Shown here in pieces: positions 30,463 to 43,899 of a stretch of 64,000 bases of DNA. The notes beneath the pieces are model-generated. The model was not told where the DNA came from. It saw only the letters and a program-made list of their open reading frames with translations, and made no database searches. The first letter of the stretch is position 1, and every line of letters begins with the position of its first letter. Origin of the DNA: the human T2T-CHM13v2.0 reference genome, Homo sapiens; NCBI RefSeq assembly GCF_009914755.1, contig NC_060925.1; one strand, 5' to 3'. Both the position numbers and the translations under genes were made by a program.

Positions 30463-31239
30463 ATAAGAAGCAGAAAAAAGTGGTATAAAGAAAAAAGAAA
30501 AATAGCAAGAAATTTAAATTGCTGATCACTTTTTCTCTATCATTAACAACTTATTTCCTTAACCAATAATAAAGTTAAATTGAGAAAGAAGGGGAGACAA
30601 TTTGTAAAGCTGATTTTTTGCTTTACTTATTAGTTTTTCAGGTATAGTTATATTGTATCCATTTTCGTAATAGCTCTCAATTGTCTCCTTTGTAAATTAA
30701 TGATTTACTAAGTAGATGGCTGCCCTCTTATTAGAGACCTAGAATTCAAAATTATGTTAAAGTGCCAAATTATGCACACAACCACTTTTATTATTAAAGA
30801 GGATTTATTTAAAAAGGTATACATTTAAAACTCATCCCAATGACAGTAGTATGAATATTCTGATACCAGAAAGATTCCCTCTAGAATACATAATATCAAA
30901 AGTTGTCTTTAATTTGGTATATATGTGGTTCAGTGCTATTCATTGAACTTTCTATGTATGTGGGGCAAAATATTACATCCACAACACAGAACCAAACGTG
31001 GTGATGACACTGTTGTGACACTGTTGCATGCTGACACAAAACCTCACAGCATCTAGTCCAAATCTTTGCTTCACTATTTTTATTTTATTTGAATTAACTG
31101 AAACCCAGAAAACAATATAATACATTTCCTTGGGACGTATACTCACTATGCGTCTATCTCTTCAACTCAATGGGATTTCAAATGGAGAGAAAGCAATTTA
31201 CCACAACATCCACAAGTTTTTGTCAACATTATAGACAAA

Positions 31240-31470
31240 GGATCAGACTTTGGAGCCCAATTGCCAGGGTTCAAATCCTGCTTCCACCAGATAATAGCTG
31301 TGTAACCTTGGGTAAGTCACTTCTTTGTGCCTTAATTTGCTCCTAAAATGATGACAGTAAAACCACATCTCTCATAGGGTTCTTATGAGGAGCAAATGAG
31401 TTACTGCTTGTATAGAAGTTGTAATGCAGTATACATTACTAATAGAATTGGCAATAATAGGAAGTGTACT
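31240..31470 (+). mobile_element. MIR
   Basis: CAGACTTTGGAGCC...GGGTTCAAATCC...AGCTGTGTAACCTTGGGTAAGTCAC. Confidence 0.75.
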
Positions 31471-32403
31471 AAGAATCTTTTTATCGCTCCATCTTTTGTC
31501 AGTAATGAAAAATTTTTTAAAAGTCTGAGAAATTTCAAGTCAACAGGTATTCATAAAACACCTACTATGCCTGGTGCCTTGGGAACATAGAATAAATTGG
31601 GAAGTTACAGTCTATTTTGAATTTGGAATAAATGGAAAACACAGAGCAAAGTTCAATGGAACATGCAACAACAAAAATGCTAGAGTGCCACATAATTTAC
31701 CTAAGTAAAGCTAACAGCAAAATCAAGTACTCTAAGATTTATATTAATAAAAACGCAACTAACAATTGGTAATGTATTTATTTTCAGATCTACACAGAAG
31801 TTGCTAAATACAATGCTGTACATCAACAGAAGTTCTGCAGAAATAGTAAAATTTTCCTTTATCTCCACCTGGGAAGTCTGAAAACATCATAGGGCTTGTG
31901 ACTGGGGCCTAATAACCCCGAGGACAACGTGGTGGGCTGAGCGAATACCTCAATGTGCGAGAGAACGAAAAGCTCGAACCACGACCGTGCCTAGGGACCA
32001 GGCTTTTCCTGTGGCCGATGCGGGGCAGATGCAGACCCAGAGGCCACCCTTGCGCGCGATCTCCAACCCGACGGTGCGGCTCCTCTCGGACCTGGAGCTG
32101 TGGGGAGAAGGCAGCCTTTTAGTGAGGAGCCGCCGCGTGGCGGGACGCAAGGAAAACCACCCGAGCCGCTGAACAGTATTCCGCGACTGCACTCCAGGGC
32201 ACCGGGACCGCCAGGGTGAGGAGGGACTCTGCGTTCTGCAAAGCTAGCGGTTCCCACTCCACCTCCCACTATCTCAGCGATGGGCACGCGAGCGCCAGCC
32301 CGGGCGACCGCGGGGGAGGAAGCGGTCCACGCCACCTCAGGCCCCCGCCCCAGGCTCTGCCAGCTGGGGGTCCACCGCCCGCCCCCGGGGTCCCGGGCCT
32401 GCG

Positions 32404-32415
32404 CGTCACTTCCGG
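32404..32415 (-). promoter_or_regulatory. Overlapping ETS (GABP) / half-CRE motif CCGGAAGTGACG
   Basis: Direct reading; followed by a (GC)5 run. Confidence 0.7.
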
Positions 32416-32523
32416 CGCGCGCGCCCGCCTGCGAAGATACAGTCGGGCCAGGGCCTGGCCTGGGCGCGCGGCTGCCCGGGGGCGCGCAGAGAGGGCGGAC
32501 CGCGCGAAGGGGGAGTGTCTGCC

Positions 32524-32587
32524 CGCCGCCGCCACTGCTGCTGCCACCGCCGTCGCCGCCGCCGCCGCCGCCGCCGCTGCTGCTGCC
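32524..32587 (+). repeat. GCC/GCT triplet tract with pure (GCC)7 at 32555-32575
   Basis: Direct reading. Confidence 0.9.
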
Positions 32588-32780
32588 GGTGCTAAGGAGT
32601 TCGCTGGAGCCCTTTCCTCAGACCCGGCCCGGTCTTCGCGCCCGGACTCCTGGCGCCAGCGCTAGGCGCACTCACCGCTCTGACGGGTGCAGACGCGGGA
32701 GTTGTCCCAGACTGTGGAGTGGCGGGCACGGCCCCAGCCCCCCTTCCCTTCCCTGACCCCTTCTTGCCATCGCCCCAGAC

Positions 32781-32826
32781 ATGGGGAACGCGGCGACCGC
32801 CAAGAAAGGCAGCGAGGTGGAGAGCG
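32781..32826 (+). CDS. PRKACB: PRKACB exon 1 coding part (PKA Cbeta1 N-terminus MGNAATAKKGSEVES; myristoylated Gly2)
   Basis: Kozak GACATGG; 46 nt then donor G|GTGAGT (phase 1). No further PRKACB exon recognised in the window. Confidence 0.96.
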
Positions 32827-33598
32827 GTGAGTTGAAGGCCGGGTCTGGGTATCCGCTGGGCGGGCCGGCGCGGGGCACCGAGCGCCCTCCGGGTCGCAGC
32901 TTCTGAGGCCGCGGGCACGGGCCAGGCCTAGCAGCGGCCGCCGGGAGTCGTTCTGGGGGGCCGGGAGACCAGCTGCCTTTCTCCTCCATTCCGACCCCCC
33001 AGCTCCGCGTTGAGAGCTGAACGCGAAGGGCCGGATGTGGGGATCCTGGGAAGAGCGTTCCCTGGGATTCCCTTTCTCACTCTAGCGAGGAGGACTTGCA
33101 CACGTTCTGGAACACTTCCCCAAATATGGTCCGAGGAAAGAAGTCCCTAGTGCCATCCCACCCCTGCTTTCCCCCCTCGCCGACTCTTTGGGAGCTACAG
33201 GTAGTGCTGTGGGTAAGGTTGGCTCTTCTCCCTCCATCACTTGGGTCCGACCCAACCTTATCACAAGGCGGGGGCTGCTAGTCTGGCTCTACGCAAGTGA
33301 GGCTAATCCTGAGTGGACAACCCTGCCTTAGAGATCCTTCATCTCTTCAGATTAGGAATGGAAAACATAATGAGACCCAACAGCAACTTTATCCATTAGA
33401 GAAAAAAGCCAGGCAGGTTTGCCTTTTCTCTAGACATTCAAGGATCTGCTACCAATGCCTGTAAAACTTAAAGGTCATTCGGAGTTGAAGTGCTTCCAGA
33501 ACACGGTTAATTTCTTCTGAGAGCGGAAGGTGCGGGTACTCCACACTTTACATCAAACAGTAAAAAATCATGAAAATGGAATTTCTGTATGGCGATAA

Positions 33599-33668
33599 GG
33601 TGTGTGTGTGTCTGTGTGTTTGTGTGTGCATGTATACACATGCATATATATGTGTGTATATATGTGTC
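33599..33668. repeat. Alternating purine-pyrimidine (TG/TA/CA) tract
   Basis: Direct reading. Confidence 0.8.
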
Positions 33669-34120
33669 AGAATGGTTGTGAAATAAAAGTTGGTTTGCCT
33701 TTGTAAAGTTCATATATTTTTATAATTCAGAATGTCCAAATAACAGATGGTATTTGTTATATCACCAGGAGTGAATGACATGTTAGCACTTAAAGTGGGC
33801 CTGGTGATTTTAGTTTGTGTAAATATTACTTGTAATGTTTTCATGGTTGTAACATAAGAATTAGGCTAATTTTATAACTTTGCATGAAGAAAATAGCTTT
33901 TTTCTGTATTAATAAAGTAGAATTCATTTAGAAGGATTTAGTCATTCATTTTGTTTAACATAAATATATCAGATTATGTGGTTTATGTTTCATCAGTAAG
34001 GTTTTGGTATTCATTTTCAGGAGCTTCAGAAAAGTTTGATGAGCTATTATATAAGCCAAGAACACACAGCATGTTATACGGAGATTTAAAGAAGCCAATG
34101 TAGAGGTAGAATGTATGTTA

Positions 34121-34420
<300 letters not shown>

Positions 34421-36454
34421 TATGTTGTCTTTTTAAAATTGCACAAATATAGTAACTAACTGTGCAGGAAGTATAAAGAATGCAAAAAGTATAAAGAATT
34501 ATTTTTACCTGATATGTTGTCATTTTTTGTGTTAATTTAAAGCTCTATTAACTTAAAACATGCTAATTGTGTTACAAAAGAGTGTGCTTGGAGAATGATT
34601 ATATTAGTAGTTTTCATTAGCAAGTGCTGACCTGTATAATGTTTATATTTTGGATAATGATAATAGACTCTTCTGTGACCTGTATATTTTTTATTAAGTT
34701 ACCAAAACAATTCTCCCTTAGTATTAATTTGCAACTCATAGCTGTGAAATAACCTTGGAATATTTACTGAAAACAGAATGGAAACTTTAAATGTTTATCT
34801 GAACATATTTAAATTATTTCTATGGATAAATTCTTTTCTATGTTTTAAGTGTTAATGACAATCTAGTTCTTAAGTATGTTAGTCAGCTTTTTGTGTAACT
34901 TTATTTATGGAAACTGAAGGTCATTATAGTAGTTTAAAAAGCTGTTGTGAAGTGACCAAAAAAAATAGCATGTTATGTGTCATAGGGAAAATTATTTGAA
35001 ATGTCACGTGTTGATTAATGTTTGTAATTTCATTTGGAGCAGTGTTATCAGGTATATGTTGCTGTTCTGTAGTGAACAAAGAAATTGTATTTTAAACTTA
35101 ATGAAAGAACTCATCATTACGTACCTAAATGTTCTGTGTATTTTTTAAAGAATTATTCTTGAAAATTTGTTTTTCAAAACTTTTAGAAATATATGATGTT
35201 AGAGATCAGCCTGTACAATCATTCCCTTTCAAAGATCCTGACCTCCGAAGAAGCTGGAGTTGAGATCATACTGTTAGTAATAACAGAGTAAGGAATAGAG
35301 TCTGATGCCTGGACTCCATTCAGCATCAATAAATAATCAGTTAATATGTTTATTTTCAAAATATTCACCAAATGTTTTAGTTTCAATTAAAGACTATAAG
35401 TAAAAGCTGAAAAATGTTACTGTCTAATGGGAAAGAAAATATGTATATATAAGAGTTACCTGAAAGGCAAAAATACAAGTGCTAACATTATGGAAAGTGG
35501 AATTAGAACTCTGAAAATTGCTGTATGAAAATGTTTGATTTGAAAAGTTGATTAAAAATATCAAGTCAGTTAAGATTTCAGGTTCAGTTAGCACCAAGCT
35601 TCAGAAAGGCAGGTGATTCCAGAGCTTATTTCTAAAAATATTCCAGAAGAATGAAGTTAGGCATAAAGATAATTTAGAAGGGTCTTGGTTAACTTTAACT
35701 ATCTGGTGCCTGTATTGTACTCTACTGAACCTTTTCCCTCTATTAGAATTAACATTTTCTGGGGTAAGACCTAAAAGCTAGGTGAGATTCCATCTTCATC
35801 TCCACAGGTTTTGGAGATAACATTAACTTAGGTACCTGTTGTTCTGCTGTAGTGAATTAGGAAATTGTATTGATGTATCTCAAAACTTAATGAAAGAATA
35901 ACTGGTACTATTACATACCTAACTGCTCTGTGTGTGTTTTTAAAATTACTCTTGAAGATATATTCCTTTTAAAATTTGGGCGTAGTTATTTAAACGTCAG
36001 CTAATACAGAGAAACATAAACTTTTAGAAATATGATAAAATTCTCAGAGAAGTTTTAAACTCTTGTCAGTTGTTTGTTTTACTTATCCAGTCTCTTCCTT
36101 TTACACCAGCCCCAGTCACCAACACACCAAAAAAACACGCTACTTCTTTTAACCTGGGAGGGGTTTTTATTTATTTCATTTTAAAAAAATACTATACCTC
36201 CAGGTTGCCTATGGGGCTTTGTGTTATACATTCATTGCAAAAATGTTGAGGCCCATGGGTGAAAAGTGTTGGTAGAGGTTTGAATGTAGATTCTTTCATG
36301 ACTGCAAGTCGTAAAGTTACCATGTGACCTAGTGTTCGCATATGATCTTTGAATGTTTTCCAGAGTATCTCTCTGTCCTGTGGATTTGAAAGTCAGTAGG
36401 AATTAATCAAAGAAAGCCACCAGTAGACTAGGTTCAACAAAAATGCAAGTTTCT

Positions 36455-36705
36455 TAACAACTAACATTTTTTGAGGACTAATACATGCCAGGTTCTCTAA
36501 TGCTTTCCGTGTATAAACTTTTACTTACTCTTTTAAACTGTAAAGCACTTGAGTTATTCCTTCATTTATGGATGAGGAAATGAAGGCTCAGAGAGCCTAA
36601 GTGACTTGCTTAAGGTTGCATAGCTAGTAAGTCAAGAAGCAACATTTAAGTTGAGGCAACTGTAACCTCAGAACCTGAAATTCTAACCACTTTGCTGAAC
36701 AGCCT
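36455..36705 (-). mobile_element. MIR
   Basis: GATGAGGAAATGAAGGCTCAGAGAG...AAGTGACTTGC. Confidence 0.75.
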
Positions 36706-37084
36706 CTGTATCCAATAGAATAGCCGATGCTAAGACACACAGAATAGCTTAGACAATTATAGCACATTTCAGTTTTCAAACATGACTTTATTTGGTATAT
36801 TAAAATCTTAAGTGAAAAAGATTATTTTTTTCTTGTACCATTCTCTGGATTTTTATCATCATTATCTTTTCAGATTCAATATAGTAGAATTTCAAATTAA
36901 ACCACATAAAACTAATTTTATGTACTTAAAGCCTTAATTACTACAGTACTTATATTTGTTTTTTCCCATTTGTAAATGTATACTTTTCCCTTCTTGCCCA
37001 ATAGTTGATAAAAAAAATTATTATTTGAACTTGTATTACCATTTTAAAAGTATTGGCAAATTCTCATTTCACCATGATTAGAGT

Positions 37085-37260
37085 AGCGCTGTCCAGTCAA
37101 ACATTCTGTGATAATGGAAGTGATCTCCACCTATGCTGTCCACTGTAGTAGCTACTAGCCACATGTCTGTTGAGCACTGGAAATGTGACTAGTACCACTG
37201 AGAAACTGAATCTTTAACTTACATGTGGCTAATTAGTGTTTGGTATATTGGACAACACAG
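37085..37260 (+). mobile_element. MER3-like hAT-Charlie MITE
   Basis: GCGCTGTCCAG...ACTAGCCACATG...TTGGACAACACAG. Confidence 0.7.
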
Positions 37261-38319
37261 GTTTAGAACATAGTTGTTTTTGCATTTAATAGAAATGCCA
37301 ACCCATCTTTCTGTCATCTTGGTTATTTGTGGATCCTTACAAGTGAGTGTAGATGAACGGAATGCTGGATTTATTTTTTCTCATTTAAGAATTAACTTAT
37401 TTCCTCAGAATAAGCATTTATAAACTTAGTGAGCAAATTATTATAGTTCAATAATTTGTGTTTAATTTATTAACTACAAAGTTAAATTATTTTTGGGGCT
37501 GTACTAGAAATAAAATTTTGTGATTTTTAGTAATCTCAGTGAATATCTTCTATTGAAAAATTTCTGTAGATTTAAATGCAATATAGTGATTTCTTATACC
37601 TTACTTAGGTCTTTACACCTTTCAGTTATCAAAGGAAAATCAGTAGCAGATATTTGTTCCAATTCTGTAGAATGCAGAGGTACTGGGGAAGTCTTTCTTG
37701 GGTGTAAGACAAAAAAATCAAAGCAATCAGTTATGCAATTTTGATGATAAATACATATGATCTCATCGAGTTCCATGATTCTGTGATTCTGTTTGTGCAG
37801 ATTGTGTACTGTATCAAATTATCTCATGTTCAGGAACCATTTTTCTTATTCTCCTCCTCTTATTCTCCTCAGTGTCCTTCACTTAGGCTGTAGACAGATT
37901 GTTGCTTTTTCATTGCCAGCAGCAGGATAATTAGAGGCATGAAAGCCAGCTTAGAAAAGTAAGCCATGGCTGAGTGACAGAAGCAGCACGTGAGAAGGTC
38001 CTAGATAAGCCAGGATAGCTATTAAGATCCTGTCAGATAATTAATAGTTGACCATAATTCATTTTGACATTCCATTAAATTAATTTTTAAAAATTAGTAC
38101 AACTTATGAAGTTCTATATCTAGGTGATAAATGTTTGTATACGTGGGTGATCAAATTTCCTCAGATTAATAAATCCTAAATTCTTAGTGAATAACATTGT
38201 GTTAAATAGAAAAGTGTGAAATTTATGAAAGGTAAATATGCTTAGGTCACTATCATTTTGGGTATTTAATCTTACTTTTAAATGTATTCCTTCAAGAATG
38301 TCCTGTATAGTTCTTTGTT

Positions 38320-39300
38320 CATTGCTTCATTCATTCCTTTATTCAGTACACATAATTGAGCTCCTAAAATGTGACAGACTCTACACAAGACTATGGGAAT
38401 AAAGATTGAATAGGACAGAGTACCTGCTCAGGGTGCCCATATTCCAGAAGGGGGAAGATAGACATGTCAGCAAACACATGAAACCTGCCACAAATCCTTT
38501 CATTAAAGTTCAGCTGGGGAACCAAGGGAAAGAATGGTCATTTCCACTGGGATGGGGAGGAAGAGGTTCAAAAAGGACTTCAAAGAGGAGTTGAACCATG
38601 ACTTGAGCATTGAAAATGATAAATGTTCATCAGATGGATTATAGGAGGAAGGGTGTTCTGAGTAGACAGAGCATTGATAAGTGAAGATGCAGAGGAGTGA
38701 AACCATGTAACATATTCAGGATAAGGAAGTAAGTTGCCCATTATGATTAAATGATGGAATGTGGGGTTGGTGATAGGAAGAGGGGACATTGTATAATGAT
38801 AGATGAAACTGAAGAAATGGACAGAGGGCCACATAATGGAGAGAGTTTGAATTTTATCTTTTAGACACTAGGGAGCCATCGTGCACTTGGAAATAAGAGA
38901 GAAACATGATACAATTTGGGTTTAAAAGAGGTTACTTTGGTGGTGATGTGAAGATAAATCATTATGGAGCAAGTGGAATAGAGGCAAGATCAATTATAAG
39001 ACTCCTATGATAATTTGGGTGAGGGATTTTTGAGGGTCTGAACCAAGGTGGTAGAGGTTGGGATGGAGAAAAGGATCTGAAATGGGAGAAATTTGAAAAA
39101 TTGAGCAGAATGTATTGTACTGATTGCATGTGGGAAATGAGGAAAAGGAGGATTGGGGATGACACGTTAAGTTTAAGCTTCAATGCCATGGTAGATGGGT
39201 TGTAACGCCAGTAATAGAGTCAGGAAATGAATACAGAGGGCAGGAGTACATTGGGGGTTGGGGTGGGGACTTACTGAACTCGGGATACCCGTGGCATTTC
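38320..39300 (-). mobile_element. L2
   Basis: TTCATTCATT tail at the left, then purine-rich antisense L2 body. Confidence 0.65.
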
Positions 39301-40129
39301 TGATAAATGATAGCTGATTGGTTATTGTATGTGTGGATTGTCTTTTATCTCCCAGCCATGGGGGAAAATGCCCTTGGATGGTCAAGGGACCTTTTCTACA
39401 TTTTATCCTCATTTTACTCTTTTCAAAGACAACTGTTTAGAAACTATGGAAACTATAACATCTGGCATAACTTACATAAGTTAAGAATTCTATATACTAA
39501 AAGTTTAGCCTTTTTGTTTTGAAAAGAGGAAAGCCAAAGTACTGATGAGAACAATGTAACTTTTAAGGAAACAAAGTAATTTAAAATCATAAAATATTAC
39601 TTTTATAATTTAAGTGTGCGTCCTCTAAGCTATTCGGTTTTGTAGTTATACAGGATAGTGGAAAGAACATGTAAAATATAGCACCAACATCTATTATGTA
39701 CTGAGTAAATGTCAGTTTTATTCCCCTGGAGTCCTTTAACATAGATGTTTAAAAGTTCAGATGTAATTTAGTAGTAAAATCATAAACTTGAGAGTAAGAA
39801 AAATCTAAATTGTCTTTTTTCTAATACATTCTAATATCTCACTTTGGACAAATGTTTTAAAATCTCCAAGTGACGGTATAAAATCAAGAGGGATGGATTG
39901 GATAATGACACTGTGATCTCTTCTTCCAGCTTTATAATCCAATGCTTCTATTATATTTATTAAAAGAAAAAATACACAGGAAGCAGCAAGATGAGGGAAT
40001 AAATCATAAAAAGTGCTCACAAAATGTGTGGGCAGAGAAGTGGCAAATGATCCTCAATTGAGCAAATAAATATATGGTAATGTATTTAGGGAAAACTTTT
40101 GATCTACATTTAAGGAATGATAGTAAAGG

Positions 40130-41427
40130 ACAGGAGTGCCCTTGTCAGGCAGGGAGGGCTGGGCTGTGCATCCCTCTGCTTGCGCTGCAGGGAAATGTCT
40201 CAGTGACTTTTCCTGAGGAGGTTCCTGGCCTCAGTCGTCTCCAGGAAGCCCTCTCAGGATCGGTGGCCACCTCTCACTTCTGGAGCCCTGCAGACCCCAC
40301 AGTGCAGTCCTGGTGGCCTGGCTGTAACACCCAACTCAGCCCAGACCATATACACCACCAGCATCTCCTCAATGACCATTAATATCCAGGATGGACCTGA
40401 CTTTCAAGACCAACAGTGAGACGCCAGTGCTTGTGGATTTCCACGCACAGTGGTGTGGACCCTGCAAGATCCTGGGGCTGAGGTTAGAGAAGATGGTGGT
40501 CAAGCAGCATAGGAAAGTGCTGATGGCCAAGGTGTATATTGATGACCACACAGACCTCGCCATTGAGTATGAGGTGTTGGTGGTGCCCACTGTGCTGGCC
40601 ATGAAGAATGGGGATGTGGTGGACAAGTTTGTGGGCATCAAAGATGAGGATCAGCTGGAGGCCTTCCTGAAGAAGCTGATTGGCTGACAAGCAAGGACAA
40701 GTCCTGGTTCCCTTGCCCCCATGGGACCCCAGTAGAACTTGGCCCTTCCTGCTGCCTCCCTCCTGTCTGGCCCCTGGGGCCCAGGCTCCAGCCATGAGTG
40801 CTTCTGAGCTGGCGGACTGCCCAGGGGCCATCAGAAGATGGTGCTGCTGCTGATCCGGGGACTGCCTTCTTCCCTCCCACATGCCTTTCGTCCCCTCCCT
40901 CTAGGGCCTGTGGCAGTTCTCTCAAGATGCATAGAGAGAGCCCAGGCCAGCCCACAGCACTCCTGGTCAGGCAGCCACACCTTGGTCCTCATCTCTGGTC
41001 CCTTCCGATCTGAAGCCTCGTGCCTGGCTCTTCTGCCACCTGCATTTCTCTTTCTTGCTGCTGTTTTGTAAAAAGAAAAAGAAAAAAGAAGCCCAAACTA
41101 GTGAGAATAATTTATAACTCTCTCGGTTTTTGTAGGTCTGTAATAAAGAACTTAGTCATCCCACCTCCTACTGTGAAGAGCAGACCCTGGGTCCCACACT
41201 CAAATCCCCTGTAGTTGCCCATCCTCACCCCTCAGGGAGCCCCCTCCCAGCTAGCCTCCCGGGCAGGGGGCACAGAAAATGAGTGGTGGGCTGGGGAGCC
41301 CTGGAGAGCCTTGACTCTGTAAGGCTCGAGGCACCTCCTTTGCCCCTTAACTGGCCTGTTGGTCCTCTGAGCAGGGGGCTTAACTGTGAACAAATCAGAC
41401 AATAAAGCAAGGGTCTGCACCTAAAAA
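40130..41427 (+). pseudogene. TXN2: Processed pseudogene of mitochondrial thioredoxin TXN2 (5'UTR, CDS, 3'UTR; intronless)
   Basis: ATG 40195 then TGA at codon 4 (40204-40206); ~8-nt deletion near 40411; [14 protein letters not shown]...EAFLKKLIG* ending 40687; AATAAA at 41401 and short A remnant. Symbol is that of the parent gene. Confidence 0.95.
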
Positions 41428-42007
41428 GACAAATTTATGAATCACTGTACTGATCTTTGAAGATATTTTCATGTTCTACTACAAGTAAAGGAGCCATCAA
41501 AATGTTCGCCATCAGGGCAGAGTCTTGGAAATAAAACATGAAACATTCTATTCTTATGTGAAACCATTAATGTGCTATGTGTAGTTGTGGTGTTTTGTGT
41601 ATAGCAGAACCAGAGAAAGTTTAGATCAGGGCAGCTAACAGGAGTAAGAGCATGGGAAGTCTATTCTGTGTGAATAAACTGTATATATACATATTTCATT
41701 TAATCTAGAAAAATTAAAGTTACATGATTAAAGTGTATAAAATCAAGTGGCATAGACAGAAAATCTGGGATTGCTCACCTAAACTTGAAACACTAGAACT
41801 CATGGACTATTCTTCCAAACTTATAAAAGCTAGCTGTAGAACAAGTAAAATGAATTATCGTAAAACCTTGATATAGACTGGGCTTAGACAATAAATGTAT
41901 TTAACTGATTAGTCATTTATGTTTAAAGGTGAAACATGTGTTTACAAATTCAGGTAGTATTTTTAGCAATTTCAAAAGCTAGATAATGCTTTTTTACTCT
42001 TTAAAAT

Positions 42008-42130
42008 AATTTTTTATTTTTATTTATTTATTTTGAAACAGAGTTTTACTGTGTTGCCCAGGCTGGACTCAAACTCCTGGGCTCAGGCAGTCCTGCGTAG
42101 CTGGGACTGCAGGTGTGTACCATCGAGGCT
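42008..42130 (-). mobile_element. FLAM/AluJ monomer
   Basis: TGTTGCCCAGGCTGG...AAACTCCTGGGCTCA. Confidence 0.8.
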
Positions 42131-43899
42131 TGTTTTTTTACTCTTGATAGGTTTTATAATCTCTCTAGCCCCCAGCACTTTCCAAAAGAATCATCAGTAT
42201 TTATAAGATAAGTCTTCTTCTTGCTAATACTAAGGTTTACTACTATTATGCAAATAAATTGTTTCCCCGATATGGTGGTATAGCTTAAATTGCTTTTAGT
42301 GGATTTCTTTATTTTAATTGGCTATAATTAATTTATTCATTTAGTTCATTTTTATTCCCTAGCCAGTGAAATAGGGAGTAAAGAGTTGTCTTCATGTAGC
42401 TTATAGTCTGGTAAAAGATTTAGACAAGTAAAAGCACAATTATGAGAATGTTGTAGGAAGTGGATTATAGGACGTGTTTTTTTGTAATGTGAATTAGATT
42501 CAGTAATGCTATGTATCTATGCAGAAAATTTTCCGAATCAAATTCGGGATTCTTATAAGTTAAATTGATACACTAGCATAATTGGTATTAGTTCTGCCTT
42601 CGAAAATCCAATGTAGATGCCATATTTTTTATCTGGCCTGATGTAACAAGGTATAAAGTCCCAGGCTCTATGGCCATAGTTTAATGTTATATTCACTGTT
42701 GTCTTCTATTCATATGTTAACTTTTCAGGGACATCTGAAACTTGTTTTGTTGTAAGATAACTGTGGAATCTAAACCTTTAGGTCTCTGACAAGCCTGTTT
42801 TCTCGATCTGGACTTTGTCCTTAGAAAATTAAAGAGACTATTCTTGTGATCATATTAGTTTAGAGTCCTGTTTAGTAAAATGAATATTCCATTTCTATAC
42901 TGTATTCTTCTTAAGTAGATGACCATATAGCATCAGCAGGCCATTGTTATATGTGAGCCACAAACTTGAGAGAACATGTTGGTATAGATATTACTTCTTT
43001 TACAGGGGCTAGCTCTACTGGTAACTTAGCTCTTTCAATCTTAGCTCAGCTCCCTCTGAGTAGGAGCCATGACAGGTTAAACTGTGGAAGAATATGAGCC
43101 TCACTTTAGGCTGTAGTCTTTAGGTCATGAATAAGCCATAGTTCAATTCATAGAATGACAGGCAAAACATTCACTTATTTGTCTTTCATTCATTCTTAAT
43201 CAGTACTTATTGAGCGCCTACTTTAAACCAGGCACTATGCTAGTCTGTAGATGCAAATAAAAATAAGACTTGGTTCCTGTCCTTAAATTGGGAGACAGAT
43301 ACAGATATTTATAGTAAGGCATACAATGATACATAGGTGCCTGAGATTAATACTAGGGTGAAAATGTAGCATAGGAGTTTATAGAGGAGTAGTATAGAAT
43401 TTCTGAGATCATCTTGGGAAATAGACTGAAACTGACTGAAATGGAAACTTCCTTTGAGTCCATTTTGGAAATATTTACATCTATAATTGTAGCACTTGTA
43501 CTACATTGCTTTTTCAACTCTTATACCCACTACAGTGTGATCTGGCAAAGCAGTGTCTATGTTGTTTAGTGTTTTAATCTCTGGAATGTGGCACAGTTCT
43601 TGGCTCATGTCATGGTGGAAGCTAAAATCATGGATAGTTAAATGGATCAAAAATTCAAACCTCCTGTAGAAGCGTACATCCTCCTCCCTTTCCTCCATTG
43701 GCAGGAACTTTGTCAGTAATGTATTGACTATTTGGGGATAATAGTTGATTAATGTGATAAGAGGGTACCTCTTTCCCCCCTTTTTATGGTATATAGTAAC
43801 TTCTTTGACATTTACATATCAAAATTATATCACAGTTGGTATGGGGAGATTGGTCTCAGGCAGGTAGGAAGAAGACACTGGACTAGGAAAAACTAGAGT

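Larger units (their letters stand above)
31930..33070 (+). promoter_or_regulatory. PRKACB: CpG-island promoter and 5'UTR of PRKACB (Cbeta1)
   Basis: Sharp GC/CpG-rich block in AT-rich flanks surrounding exon 1; GC boxes and ETS/CRE motif; no obvious TATA. TSS probably ~32500-32540 (inferred). Confidence 0.92.

Noticed and set aside
31950-33281. Many overlapping ORFs (poly-Ala/poly-Pro) across the CpG island
   Set aside because: Expected from high GC content and triplet repeats; only the 46-nt PRKACB exon is supported.
40120-41435. TSD for the TXN2 retrocopy (AAAGGACA / AAAGACA)
   Set aside because: Too short and degenerate to call.
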